Shown: one piece after another, positions 18,918 to 29,396 of the stretch | How positions within the stretch are numbered: position 1 is the first letter of the stretch | Layout of the letters: every line of letters begins with the position of its first letter | From: an uncultured Gemmatimonadales bacterium | GTDB lineage: Bacteria > Gemmatimonadota > Gemmatimonadetes > Longimicrobiales > RSA9 | NCBI GenBank assembly: GCA_963783305.1 | Contig: CAWAMW010000008.1 | Location: 1 to 34,900, forward strand | Length of the DNA: 34,900 bases | Direction of reading: 5' to 3' | Notes under the pieces: generated by a model | Seen by the model: the letters and a program-made list of their open reading frames with translations, nothing else | Database searches by the model: none | Told to the model about the DNA's origin: nothing | Made by a program: the position numbers and the translations under genes

Positions 18918-20855
18918 ATGATTTCCAGCATATACGATCGTCTGTACACCCGCAGGCGACCCATCACGTACCTGCTGTACGGCGTCCTCGCCGGACTGGC
19001 CTACACCGCCGCCTACCTGCTCCGGTTCGAGTTCGACATCCCGCCGCAGCAGGTCGATGCGCTGGTGCTCACCGTCCCCGTGGTGGTGGCCGTGAGGCTG
19101 GTCCTCGCCCGCGTGTTCAAGCTGTCGACCGGGCGGTGGCGGTTCGTGGGCACCGCCGAGGTCGTCCGCCTCTTCACCGCGATGAGCCTCGGCAGCGCGC
19201 TGCTCCTGCTCCTCCGCGAGCTGATCGCGCCGGGCCTGGTGATCCCCCGGTCGGTGCTGCTCATCGAGTGGGTCCTCAGCTCGTACATCACGGCGGGGAT
19301 CTGGCTTTCCTATCGCGTCGGCTTCGAGCGGCTCCGGAAGGCGAAGGAGGCGGCGAGCGGGAAGGACCTCAAGCGGGCCCTCATCGTGGGTGCCGGCGAG
19401 GCGGGGAACATGCTGGCGCGGGAGATCCAGCGGTACCCCACCGGCTACGACCTGGTGGGATTCGTCGACGATGATCCATCCAAGTGGGGCTCCCGGCTCC
19501 AGGGGGTGGAAGTTCTCGGCGGGACCGTGGACCTGGACGCGTTCGTGGTGGCGGCCGCGGTGGATGAGATCATCATCGCCACCCCCTCGGCCGAGCCGGA
19601 GGACCTGCGGCGGCTGGTGAAGAGGTGCGAGGCGGCACACGTGCCCTTCAAGGTGCTGCCGGGGATCAAGGAAGTCCTCCAGGGACGGGTCGGGCTCGGC
19701 CAGCTGCGGGAGCTCCGGATCGAGGACCTCCTGGGCCGCGACCCGGTGGAGCTGGAACTGCCCGAGCTGGCGGAGGACCTCGACGGGCTGTCGGTGCTCA
19801 TCACCGGCGCCGCCGGATCCATCGGCTCGGAGCTGGCCCGACAGGTGGCGCTGCACAACCCGGCCCGGCTGATCCTCCTGGACCAGGCCGAGACGGACCT
19901 CTTCTACGTGGACCTGGAGATCCGGGAGTCGCACCCGGAGCTGGAGCTGATTCCCATAATCGCCGACGTGGCGGACGAGCCGGCGGTGGACCGGGTATTC
20001 CAGCGCTGCGCGCCCGACCGAGTGTTCCACGCGGCCGCCTACAAGCACGTGCCCCTGATGGAGCACAACATCGAGCAGGCGGTGAAGAACAACGTGCTGG
20101 GGACGTCCGTCGTCGCCCATGCCGCCGGTCACTACGGGAGCGGCAAGTTCGTGCTGGTGAGCACGGACAAGGCGGTGCGCCCGGCCAACATCATGGGGTC
20201 CACCAAGCGGCTGGCCGAGCTCGTGGTGCTGGACATGCAGGACCGCTATCCGGAGACCACCTTCGGTGCGGTGCGGTTCGGCAACGTGCTGGGCAGCAAC
20301 GGGAGCGTGATCCCCATCTTCAAGCGCCAGGCCCAGGCGTCGAAGCCCCTCTCGGTCACGCACCCCGACGTCACCCGCTACTTCATGACCATCCCCGAGG
20401 CGGTGCAGCTCATCCTCCAGGCGTCGCTGCTGCCGGGGTTCCGCGGGCACATCGCCATGCTGGACATGGGAGAGCCCGTGAAGATCCTGGACCTGGCGTT
20501 GAACTTCCTGCGCCTGTCGGGGATCCCTCCGAGGGAGGACGAAACGTACCGGTTCACCGGGCTGCGGCAGGGCGAGAAACTGCACGAGGAGCTGGCCGCG
20601 CCCCACGAGGAGCCGGTGGAGACGTCCATCCCCAAGGTGCGTCTGCTGAGCACCCACGGGAACGGTCTGCTCGATGTGTCCGGGCTGGTGGGGCGGTGGG
20701 AGCTCGCGCTCTCCAACGGCCACGCAAGCGACGTGGAGCGGGACCTCCGGGCTTTGTTCGCAGGCCTCCAAAAGGGGGAGGGGAACAGGTCGTCAGCAGA
20801 GCGACCGGAGCTTCAAGTGGTGGGGGCGGACGTGCAGGGGTCCGGTGGGGCATGA
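18918..20855 (+). CDS. wbpM: Membrane-anchored UDP-GlcNAc 4,6-dehydratase (WbpM/PglF/CapD family)
   Basis: 4 N-terminal TMs, IVGAGEAG, IEDLLGRDP, ITGAAGSIGSEL, HAAAYKHVP, STDKAV.P.NIMGSTKR, VRFGNVLGSNGSVIP, RYFMTIPEAVQL, GEKLHEEL. Confidence 0.93.
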   Translation: MISSIYDRLYTRRRPITYLLYGVLAGLAYTAAYLLRFEFDIPPQQVDALVLTVPVVVAVRLVLARVFKLSTGRWRFVGTAEVVRLFTAMSLGSALLLLLRELIAPGLVIPRSVLLIEWVLSSYITAGIWLSYRVGFERLRKAKEAASGKDLKRALIVGAGEAGNMLAREIQRYPTGYDLVGFVDDDPSKWGSRLQGVEVLGGTVDLDAFVVAAAVDEIIIATPSAEPEDLRRLVKRCEAAHVPFKVLPGIKEVLQGRVGLGQLRELRIEDLLGRDPVELELPELAEDLDGLSVLITGAAGSIGSELARQVALHNPARLILLDQAETDLFYVDLEIRESHPELELIPIIADVADEPAVDRVFQRCAPDRVFHAAAYKHVPLMEHNIEQAVKNNVLGTSVVAHAAGHYGSGKFVLVSTDKAVRPANIMGSTKRLAELVVLDMQDRYPETTFGAVRFGNVLGSNGSVIPIFKRQAQASKPLSVTHPDVTRYFMTIPEAVQLILQASLLPGFRGHIAMLDMGEPVKILDLALNFLRLSGIPPREDETYRFTGLRQGEKLHEELAAPHEEPVETSIPKVRLLSTHGNGLLDVSGLVGRWELALSNGHASDVERDLRALFAGLQKGEGNRSSAERPELQVVGADVQGSGGA

Positions 20856-21285
20856 TGGGGAAGCCGCCCGAACTCGTGCGAGTGCGGGGCCCGGCGGTAG
20901 AGAACAGCCATTTCATTTCATGGTTTAACGGCGCGGTCCAGACAGCGCAAACCGGAGCGCACAATTGCCTTATCATTGCTCCGCCTCCGGTTCTCTCCGA
21001 CCGCCCCTCGCGCTGCCCCGTACTGGAGCCGTCCGAATCGCAAACCGCGGACTAGATGACCCGGACGGGCCTGCTTTTCTACTTCCAAGCCGGTGACATG
21101 TGGCATTCAAACTGTATTGCTGCCATGCTGTCCGGCTTCAGGCGAGGAGATGGAGCAATCAGCGGGGCATAGATGGCGGTGTTCGAGAACAAGAACGACA
21201 ACGGGCGGGCAGGTTTGAAGCGCGGTCTCATGCGCCCGATTGAGACCGTGGGTCCGAGGAGCGGCAGCGGGCGGCGCAAGGGCTG

Positions 21286-22369
21286 ATGCGCATAGCATAC
21301 CTTTGCCTCCAGGCGACGCGCGAGGGGCAGGCATCGCACGCCCATGTGCATGAGATCATCGCCGGGCTCGAGGAGCAGGGGCATGCAGTCGAACTGTTCG
21401 AGCCGCGATATGCGGCTGAGTCGGTCACCCCGCCCGGCCCCCTCGGTCGACTAGTGGAGCAGTGGCGGGTACAACGACGGCTAATTGCAGCGGGGCCGTT
21501 CGACCTCGTCTACATGCGCTCGCACTTTGCCGCTCTCCCCGCGAGCCGCTGGGCGCAGCGCGCTGGCTGGCCGGTAGTTCAGGAGGTCAACGGCCCTTAC
21601 GAGGATCTGTTCTTGGCGTGGCCTGCAGCTCGCTGGATACGGCCCATAGCCATCTGGTCCGGCCGGTCCCAGTTGCGTGGGGCGGCCGCTGTCGTCGCGG
21701 TCACACCACAACTCGCCGAGTGGGCCCGCAAAGAAGGCGTGCGTTCGGAGATATCCGTCATTCCGAACGGGGCCAACGTGGACCTCTTCCACCCGGGCCT
21801 TCGCCCCCGACGGGCTGCCCAGCTCATACGTGGTCTTCTTCGGTGCACTGGCGCCGTGGCAGGGGATACCCGAGCTGCTGGAGGCGGTGGCGGAGCCTGC
21901 ATGGCCTGACGAGGTCTCCCTTGTTGTGGCGGGAGACGGTATGCTGCAGGATCTCGTGGCGCGGGCGGCCGACGGCAAGCGGATCGTCTTCGTAGGACGG
22001 CAGCCGTATCGGGAGATCGGCGGTATCGTGGCGGGGGCATTGGGGGGCATGGTGCCGAGCCACGCTCGGCAGACTTCGGGCCTATATCCTCTAAAGGTGT
22101 TCGAAACTCTGGCCTGTGGTGTGCCGGTCGTTGTCACAGATTTCCCGGGGCAGGCGGACCTGGTGCGGGAGGTCGGCTGCGGGCTCATTGTCCCTCCGGG
22201 GGATCCGACGTCGCTTGCCGAGGCGGTAGCGAATCTCCATCGGGGGCCGGAGCGACGGCGTGCCATGGGGCGCAGAGGTCGGGTTGCACTGGAGCGTGAC
22301 CACTCCTGGACCGCTCGTGCTGCGGCCACCGCGGCTCTGCTCGAACGTATTTCGACTAGCCGATTGTAG
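21286..22369 (+). CDS. GT4 glycosyltransferase; one frameshift near 21808
   Basis: MRIAYL, QEVNGP, IPNGANVDLF; extra C in C5 21804-21808, then FFGALAPWQGI and PLKVFETLACGVPVVVTD. Confidence 0.85.
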
Positions 22370-23313
22370 ATCGGTACCAGGCGACAGTCCGGGCAATACC
22401 CTCCCGCGTCGTAAAGGGAGGCCGCCAACCAAGCGCCCGGATCTCCGCGTCGCTCACCTCCAGATCCTCGGTGAGCCGGCGGATGGCACCGCCGGCAATC
22501 CTGTTAGCCGGCCGGAGGGCCCACCCAGGAATCCGCACCAGCCGGGGGCGGCGATCGAGTGCGGATGCGATCAGATCGACGAGATCCTGGGTGGATAGGG
22601 GTGGGCCATCGGTGACGTAGGTGGTGGTGTCCTCGGCGGCGGGCGCGTGCGCCAGCGTCACCAGCGCTGAGGCCAGGTTCTCCAGATACAGGATGCTTCT
22701 TCGATTGCAGGTGCCGGGGACGGGGAGCGGGAACCCCCGGTCGATCGCCCGGACGAGGCGAAGGAAGTTTGCCTTCACGCCGGCGCCGTACACGAGCGGC
22801 GGGCGCACGACAACCGCTTCCATCCTGGACTGCTCGGCCACCTCCCGGATTGCGCATTCGGCCTCCAGCTTGCTACGGCCGTAAGGGTCGACCGGGCGAG
22901 GCGAGTCGGACGGCCGGAGCGGGGCTCCCGACGAACTCTCCGCAGCGGCCTTAACCGAGCTGACGAAGACGAATCGCCGGACGCCCGCGGCCGCGGATTG
23001 CCTCGCCAAGTGGCGAGTGCCGTCGACATTCACGCGGCGGTACTCCGATTCCTGGTTCGGTGCATCCTCTTTCATAACGTGGACGCGGGCGCCGAGAATG
23101 CACCACGACGCTTACTCCCTGCAATGCCCGTGACCAATCCGTGTCGGGACCGATGTCGCCGACGATAACGCGGTCCGAGCACATGGTCAGGGACTGGAGA
23201 CGGCGGTTCGAACGGCCGGCACAACGGATGCGATCGCCCGCCTGTTGAAAGGCCGCACCGGCCGCCCGACCGATGAAGCCGGTGGCGCCGGTCAGAAGTA
23301 CGGGACCATTCAC
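22356..23313 (-). CDS. NAD-dependent epimerase/dehydratase (WbpV/WbpK-like 4-keto-sugar reductase); one frameshift near 23097
   Basis: LTGATGFIG; removing one base gives VVHLGARVHVM; FVFVSSVKA, PYGRSKLEAE, VRPPLVYGAGVKANF, NRRS. Confidence 0.85.
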
Positions 23314-25526
23314 CCGCTCGGCGGGGGTGCAGCAGACGCCGCGTATGGCAGCGGCCCCGCGAGATCCTGGTAGACGGCCAAGGTTTGCTCGACGATCCTG
23401 CCGACTGCGTACTCCTGCTCAGCGAGCGCCCGTGCCCTCCGGCCCAAGCGCGCCCGCAAAGCAGGGTTCTCCACAAGACTCTCGATGGCGGTCGCGAGAT
23501 CGGTGGCCGATCGCGGGGGCACCAGCAGGCCCGTCTCGCCATGGGCCACGATTTCACGGCACCCCGGCACGTCGGTGGCCACGGCCGGGAGACCGCTGGC
23601 GGCAGCCTCCACGAGCGCGGTGGGCAGGCCCTCGCGATAGGAGGGCAGGCATACCACATCGGCGCTCCGAAAGACCTCCGGCATATCGTCCCTCCACCCC
23701 CAGGACTCGACGGATCCCTCCGCGATCCACTCCTTCAGCATCTTCTCTGTCACACTGGCAGGGTTCCCCGGATCCGGGCGGCCGACCAGCGCCATCCGAA
23801 CTCTCTTCCCGCGCCGCCTCAGGAGACGCGCCGCCTCCACGAATTCCCCGACACCTTTGTCCCGCAGGAGCCGCGCCGGAAGGATGACCACCGGCGGGTC
23901 ATGTCGGGGCGCCTCACCACGGAACCGCTCCAGCTCGACACCCACCCCGCGGATTACGACCGTCTGCTCGGGGGCTACTAAGCGGTTCTGCACAAAGAAC
24001 GCCCGGTCATCCGAGTTCTCGAAGACGATGGCAAGATTCGGGTGCCGGAACGCCAGGCGGTATGCGAACTGAACGATCGCTCTTAGGAGGCGCGCGAGGC
24101 CCCCGCCTGCAAGGAACACGAAGCCCATCCCCGAGATCGAGTGCACGACTGCGGGCACGCGTGCAAGACGAGCAGCAATCCCTCCATAAACCACCGCCTT
24201 GATGGTTATGTGATGAGCCAGGTCGGGTTCGAGTCGTCGATACATTCCTCGGAGATGGAGGAGAACACGGAGTTCGGCGAACGGGTTCAGCCCCCGGCGC
24301 GAGAGTGCGATCGGATGATGGTGCAGCCCTGCCGCCGTAATCTGCTCCACGGTATCATCGGGGGCGGAAGCCACGTGGACTTCGACGCCTCTTCGCGCCA
24401 GCTCCACCGCGGGCGCCATCCGCTGAGCCACGAAGAACCACGCCGCGTTGACGACGTACAACACGCGAAGCGGCCTGTCCGTCCCGGCGACACCGACGTC
24501 GGCCGACCGTTCTCCCGCTGGCATTGGACGAATGCGCTCCACCCCCAGGTAAATGCATATCAGGAGACCGACCGAGACGAGGAGGAGGGGGAGCGTGAGC
24601 ACCGGCCAGAAAGCGGCCAGAGCGACTCCCGCCGCGAGCAACGCGGTAATGCCGAGCGCCGACGTCGTGACCCGGGCGTGGCCCCATCCCGCCTGCACGG
24701 CTCGTTGGTAGGCGTGGCTGCGGTGCGCCGAGTGCCAGGTCTCGCCGTTCATGACCCGGCGGACCAGCGTTACCGTGGCGTCGAAATAGAATACCCCGAA
24801 GAGGATCCCCACGCCCAGAGCGGGAGTGCGCCGCTCCGCTCCGAGGCGAGTGCGAGTATGGCGAACCAGTACCCCAGCAGCGCGCTCCCTACGTCCCCCA
24901 TGAAGATGCGGGCGGGGCTCCAGTTCCAGATGAGAAACCCCAGCGACGCCGCCGCAATGGTCAAGGACGCCAAGCTCAACCCTGACGCGCCCGTCCACAG
25001 GAGTGCGGCCGCGGCGGCACCGGCCACTACAGCTTCGCCGGCAGCCAGTCCATCAATGCCGTCCATGAAGTTGTACAGGTGGTCGTCCAGACCAGGAACA
25101 GGACGGCGAGCAGGGAGCCGGCGCCACCGAGCGGCAGGCTGTGTCCGGCCAGGTCGACTGCGGGAAGACCACCGAGCCAGAAGACAGCCCAGGCCGCCGC
25201 GACAGCTGGATTCCACGCGTGGGCCCGGGCCGGGGGGCGATGGTCATCAATCCAGCCGACTCCGCCAACCAGCGCTCCTCCAACGATCAGGGCCGCACCA
25301 ATGCCGACGGGAAGCCGGCCAGCGGCGACAGACCAAGCGAAGGCGGACATGCCCACCGGCAATGGCGACCCCTCCCCTCTCGGGGTCGGCACGGTGTGCG
25401 AGCTGCGGTCGTTCGGTGGTCGATGACATCCCGGTGCAGCGCGTAGGCTCGGACGGCAGCGGTCAGGGCAAAAGCGGCCACGGCACAGCCAAGGAGGAGG
25501 GCTACCTTAATCACCGTGACACCCAT
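23310..25526 (-). CDS. wbpL: Polytopic phosphoglycosyltransferase (WecA/WbpL, MraY-like) running in frame into a GT4 glycosyltransferase; several indels in the N-terminal part
   Basis: Reconstructed motifs D(HP)NDRSSHTVPTPRGGG, GWIDD, NLYNFMDGIDGLA, WNWSPARIFMGDVGS, FDATVTLVRR..AHRSHAYQR (indels at about 25415, 25375, 25360, 25200-25240, 25080, 24810). No stop before the GT4 part (about 24524-23310: LYVVN, ARLLRDKGVGEF, PSYREGLP..EAAASGLP..TDVPGC). Confidence 0.75.
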
Positions 25527-26865
25527 GCGTTGTGCGGCTCGGCTCTCGCGCTTGCGACCGGTGCGCGTTGCGGCGATGGCTCGCGTACAGAAGCCCGAGG
25601 CCGAGCCAGTAGGGGGCGGAGGCTGTGTACGTCAGCGGGAGCGAGGTGAAGGAGTTCACCAGCAAGCCGAGCGATGCCAGCCCGACGAAGGCGCCCGCGG
25701 AACGGCGCAGCGCCACGGCGCAGGTGCCGCCGCCCAGCAGCACGAGGAAGGCGAGCACCAGCGGAATCCCCCCCTGCAACAGCGCTTCGAGTATCCCGTT
25801 GTCAATGGGATGGTCGAATACTAACTGCGGCGGCCCCAGCGTGCCGAGAGGGTGTTCCATCCAGAATCGCCACGCCCCACGCCACGCGCGCAGCCGCTCC
25901 GAGAACGAGAAGTCGGCATCGAACCGCCCCGTGAGAATGGCGAAACCCGTGCGAATGCGGTCGATACCAGGGACCATCTCGATCCACAGGGGAATGGTCA
26001 TGGCGGCGGCGGCGACCGTCGCGACCACCGCCGTTGCCCCGGCCACGAGTAGGGGTGGGTACGTGCCGCGCCGGAAGCGGCCGGTGGCCCAGAGCGCGAT
26101 TGCCAAGGCCGTAGACACCGCCAGGGCGGCGATCGCTCCTCTGGAGTTGCTGGTGAGCAGGCTGATGGCGGCAGCCGTCGCTATGCCAGCGCGAGCCCAG
26201 CCTCGGAGGAAGCAGATTGCCCACCACATACCAACAACGCTCCACGTTCCGAGTTGGTTGGCGTTCACGAAGAAGCCGGAGCTACGGCCGAGAATGACGT
26301 AGCGTTCACTGTAGAATGCCTGGATATTCCGATCCCACGCCAGCATCTCCGTGAGAATCGGAATGCCAGCGCCCCCGCTGATTCTGAACACGAACTGCAG
26401 CAGGCTGTACACGCCATTGATCAGGATCAGGCAAGCAATGGCATGGACAAGGGTCCGCACCGATCGCTCTCCTCTCAGCCAGGTCCAATATCCAATGAGG
26501 ATCAGCGAGAGCGGGACGACTCCACGGGTGGTGGCGTAGGCATTCGTGAGGCCGTACTCAGGTCTGGTCGCAACTCCCAGCAGGGGCAGAATGGCCACCA
26601 GCGCCAAATACGGCGCCGCGTGCAGCCAGAACGCATCCACCCGGACGAAGCCGGCGGACCGCGCATCGGTTCGAAGCACGGCGAGGGTCGCGATGACGAT
26701 CAGCGTTGGAGCGAGGACGAGCAGGATCCCGCGCCCTCCCGTGGTCAGCCCCAGGACCAGTCGATCGCCGAGCAGGGTGTAGAGCAGCACGGCGACAAAG
26801 GCCAGCTTCCAAGTGGCGGATCCGGCCGTCGAGATCGGCAACGCGTCCGTGGACCCGTCGTTCAT
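25507..26865 (-). CDS. wzy: O-antigen polymerase family membrane protein (Wzy of cluster B)
   Basis: ATG 26865 overlaps the flippase stop. Many TMs, GRSSGFFVNANQLG, TSNSRGA, SFSERLRAW, HPLGTLG, IDNG. Confidence 0.75.
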   Translation of the reverse strand: MNDGSTDALPISTAGSATWKLAFVAVLLYTLLGDRLVLGLTTGGRGILLVLAPTLIVIATLAVLRTDARSAGFVRVDAFWLHAAPYLALVAILPLLGVATRPEYGLTNAYATTRGVVPLSLILIGYWTWLRGERSVRTLVHAIACLILINGVYSLLQFVFRISGGAGIPILTEMLAWDRNIQAFYSERYVILGRSSGFFVNANQLGTWSVVGMWWAICFLRGWARAGIATAAAISLLTSNSRGAIAALAVSTALAIALWATGRFRRGTYPPLLVAGATAVVATVAAAAMTIPLWIEMVPGIDRIRTGFAILTGRFDADFSFSERLRAWRGAWRFWMEHPLGTLGPPQLVFDHPIDNGILEALLQGGIPLVLAFLVLLGGGTCAVALRRSAGAFVGLASLGLLVNSFTSLPLTYTASAPYWLGLGLLYASHRRNAHRSQAREPSRTTHGCHGD

Positions 26866-28214
26866 CCGTTCCCCCATCGCCAGCCGAGGAGCGCATTGAG
26901 GACCCGGCGATCGATCGCACCGGGTACGAAGAGCGATCTCGGCGCCTGTCCGGTGACAGAAGCGTAGAGAATCGTTTTGGCCATGGCGTTGGCGCAGTAG
27001 GCGAGGGTCGTGGCCCATGCGGCGCCCTCGATGCCCAGCCAGGGGATCAGGAGGAGGTTCGCCGCCACATTCACCCCCACCACCAGTCCGGACGTGTACA
27101 GGTTGAGCTCCGGCCGGCCACGCGCAGCGAAGTCGTTCGCGAGCACCTTCGAGAAGCTGCCTGCCACGATCCCGGGGATGAGGATCAGCAGTGGGACCAG
27201 CGCGCTGGCGAAGTCCCGCCCGAAAATAGCCGGTAGCAGCCACGGGGCCACGACGGCGAGGACCAGTCCGCCCATGAGGCTCAGAGCGATGACCCATCGA
27301 GCTACCAGGGGCGTGATCAGCCGGCGCTTCTCCTCGTCGCCTCCGAGCTCCGCCAGACGTGGCAGCAGCACGGCACTGACCCCCTGCGACAGGATCCACA
27401 TCCGCTCCGCTATTTGTACGGCCACGACGTAGATCCCGGTCGCCGCCGGAGTCAGGAGCAGGTTCACCAGGAGGATATCAATGCGATAGTTGACGAACGC
27501 CAGGATGTTGCTGGCATGGGCCTTCCACCCGTAGCCCAGGCACTGCCGGAGGTAGTCCAGCGTGCCGGGCCGCGCGGCCGCGGCTCCCTGGGTGCTGTCT
27601 CCCCGCGACTCCGCCGCCACCAGCCGATAGGCCTCGAGCGCACCGGCGGCATATCCCACTGTGAAGGCGGCGACCGCGGCCGGAACCCCTCCATCCAGCC
27701 ACCATACCCCCACCACCGCCGCGACCACGGTCACCGCGGGCGGCAAGAGCAGGACCCGATTGAACCAGTCAAAGCGCTGGCGGGCCTGGATGAGGCTGGA
27801 GAGCAGCGTATGCAGGAGGAAGGGCGGAAAAGCCCCCAACGCGATCCAGAGCACGGAGCGTGGAACGCCCGGAAGCCACGCCTCCGCTCGCAGCACGACC
27901 ACCAGACTACCCGCCAGAAGGCCGCCGGCGCTGATGGTGAGCCAGGACCGGAGGGTCACCCTCAGGGCGCGGCTCAATTCCACCTCGCCACGGCCGACGA
28001 AGTACACATTGGCCGGTCCGATCCCCAGACTGAGCAGCATCCCCAGCAGGCTCGGCAGGAGGACCGCTACGGCGTACCGACCGTTGCCGCCGGGACCCAG
28101 AACGCGGGCAAGGAGGACGGCCAGCCCCAGGCCCAGCAGCAGCCCGGCGAGATGGCGCCCCGTAGTCCAGGCGATGTTCATCCCCAGGCGCTTTAGCCCA
28201 AGACCTCCGGTCAC
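26862..28214 (-). CDS. wzx: Wzx flippase (cluster B)
   Basis: LARVLGPGGNGRYA, LGIGPANVYF, NYRIDILLVN, GIYVVAVQIAE, NLLLIPWLGIEGAAWAT. Confidence 0.88.
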   Translation of the reverse strand: MTGGLGLKRLGMNIAWTTGRHLAGLLLGLGLAVLLARVLGPGGNGRYAVAVLLPSLLGMLLSLGIGPANVYFVGRGEVELSRALRVTLRSWLTISAGGLLAGSLVVVLRAEAWLPGVPRSVLWIALGAFPPFLLHTLLSSLIQARQRFDWFNRVLLLPPAVTVVAAVVGVWWLDGGVPAAVAAFTVGYAAGALEAYRLVAAESRGDSTQGAAAARPGTLDYLRQCLGYGWKAHASNILAFVNYRIDILLVNLLLTPAATGIYVVAVQIAERMWILSQGVSAVLLPRLAELGGDEEKRRLITPLVARWVIALSLMGGLVLAVVAPWLLPAIFGRDFASALVPLLILIPGIVAGSFSKVLANDFAARGRPELNLYTSGLVVGVNVAANLLLIPWLGIEGAAWATTLAYCANAMAKTILYASVTGQAPRSLFVPGAIDRRVLNALLGWRWGNG

Positions 28215-29394
28215 AATGTTCGGGTCCCCGGCCCCGCGCGGTCAAGATCGGCGTAGACCTCTTCCAGGCGGGCCACCACGGCGTTCGGACCGAAGCGGGC
28301 CCGGGCCCGCTCCCTGATGGCCGCCCGGTGCCGGATCATTTCACTGCCGGTTGCTTGGCGCAGGGCCCGCGCCAGCGCGGGCACGTCGCCGGGCGGCACC
28401 AGCCAGCCGTCCTCCGCGGATACGACCGCCTCGGGGCCTCCGCAGCGGGTCGCGACTACCGGCGTCCCCAATGCCAGCGCTTCGGCCGCCACGACACCGA
28501 ACGTTTCGTAATGGCTCGGCAGGGCGAAGAGGTCGGCCTGCCGCATCTCCTCGACCACACGTGACCGATCCAGATAGCCCAGGAGCGTCACACGTTGGCC
28601 GAGGCCGAGTTCCCGAACGAGCGCCTCGAGCGCCGGTCCCTCCGGGCCCGCTCCGCCGATCCGGAGCCGGGCCTCATCCTGCGGAAAGGCGAGAGCGAAC
28701 GCGCGCACGAGGTCTGCATGACCCTTGTTCGCCAGGAGCGCCCCCAGGCTAAGGATCCGGGCAGGTCCGGGGCGGAGATCGGACGGTGGCGTCTCGAAGA
28801 ACTCCGGCGCCACAATGTTCGGAATCCAGTGCCAGTCCGTGAACGCGCTCGGAAACCGGGCCTCGAGCTGTTCGCCGAGTGCCGGACTGACGGCGATCAG
28901 TCGATCGGCGGCCCGGTAGGCTGCCCCGACGAACGGCAGTTTCCACCGCGGGACGAGCCGCCGTCCGAGGGCGGAGCTGTGCTCGGTGAGCACGAGCGGG
29001 AGGTGTTCCATGCGCACGAGTGGCGTGGCGCCAATGCCGCCGTCGAGGGCGGAGTGTACGTGCACGAGGTCCGGCCGCCCGTTGTCGGAGCGATAAGCGC
29101 GGTAGAGCCGGCGGACGCCGCGGCGCGCCTGCGCGGCACTGGCGATGGGAAGAGGGTTGGGGCGGACCGCCCGTGCCAGCGATAGGTCGGGATTCCTTTC
29201 TCCATGCCCTTCCGGATCCCGCTGGTCCGTTCCTGGTCCGAGGAGAGGAGGTTGCGGAGCGACCGGAGTTGGAGAGCCACCACCCCCACGCGATGGCCGC
29301 GCGCCTGCAGCGCCCGCGCCTGCTCACGGAAGAAGATCCCACCGGCCGGAGTGGTGGGAGAGTCGTACCAGGAGGCCACGATGAGAATGTGCAC
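28211..29394 (-). CDS. GT4 glycosyltransferase; frameshift at about 29120-29150
   Basis: GTG 29394 after AGGAGAG. HILIVASWY..GGIFFREQARAL; in the next frame RPDLVHVHS, LTEHS, NKGH, PSHYETFGVVAAEALALGTPVVATRCGGPE. Confidence 0.85.
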
Positions 29395-29396
29395 CG

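Noticed and set aside
18900..20771. 623-aa minus-strand ORF
   Set aside because: Antisense mirror of wbpM caused by strong G/C third-position bias.
20893..20900. GGCGGTAG ops/JUMPStart-like octamer
   Set aside because: Lacks the downstream nnTG and JUMPStart context, lies after a gene rather than in an operon leader, and is likely by chance at this GC content. A similar GGCGGTGT at 150-157 is upstream of the predicted promoter.
21011..21030. CGCTGCCCCGTACTG resembling part of a cobalamin riboswitch
   Set aside because: The other conserved elements (GGGAA..GGTG, GCCACTG, B12 box) are absent and the gene context is unrelated.
21101..21116. TGGCATTCAAACTGTA sigma54-like box
   Set aside because: The -12 element is GT rather than the conserved GC, and the sequence is explained as one arm of the 21087-21138 hairpin.
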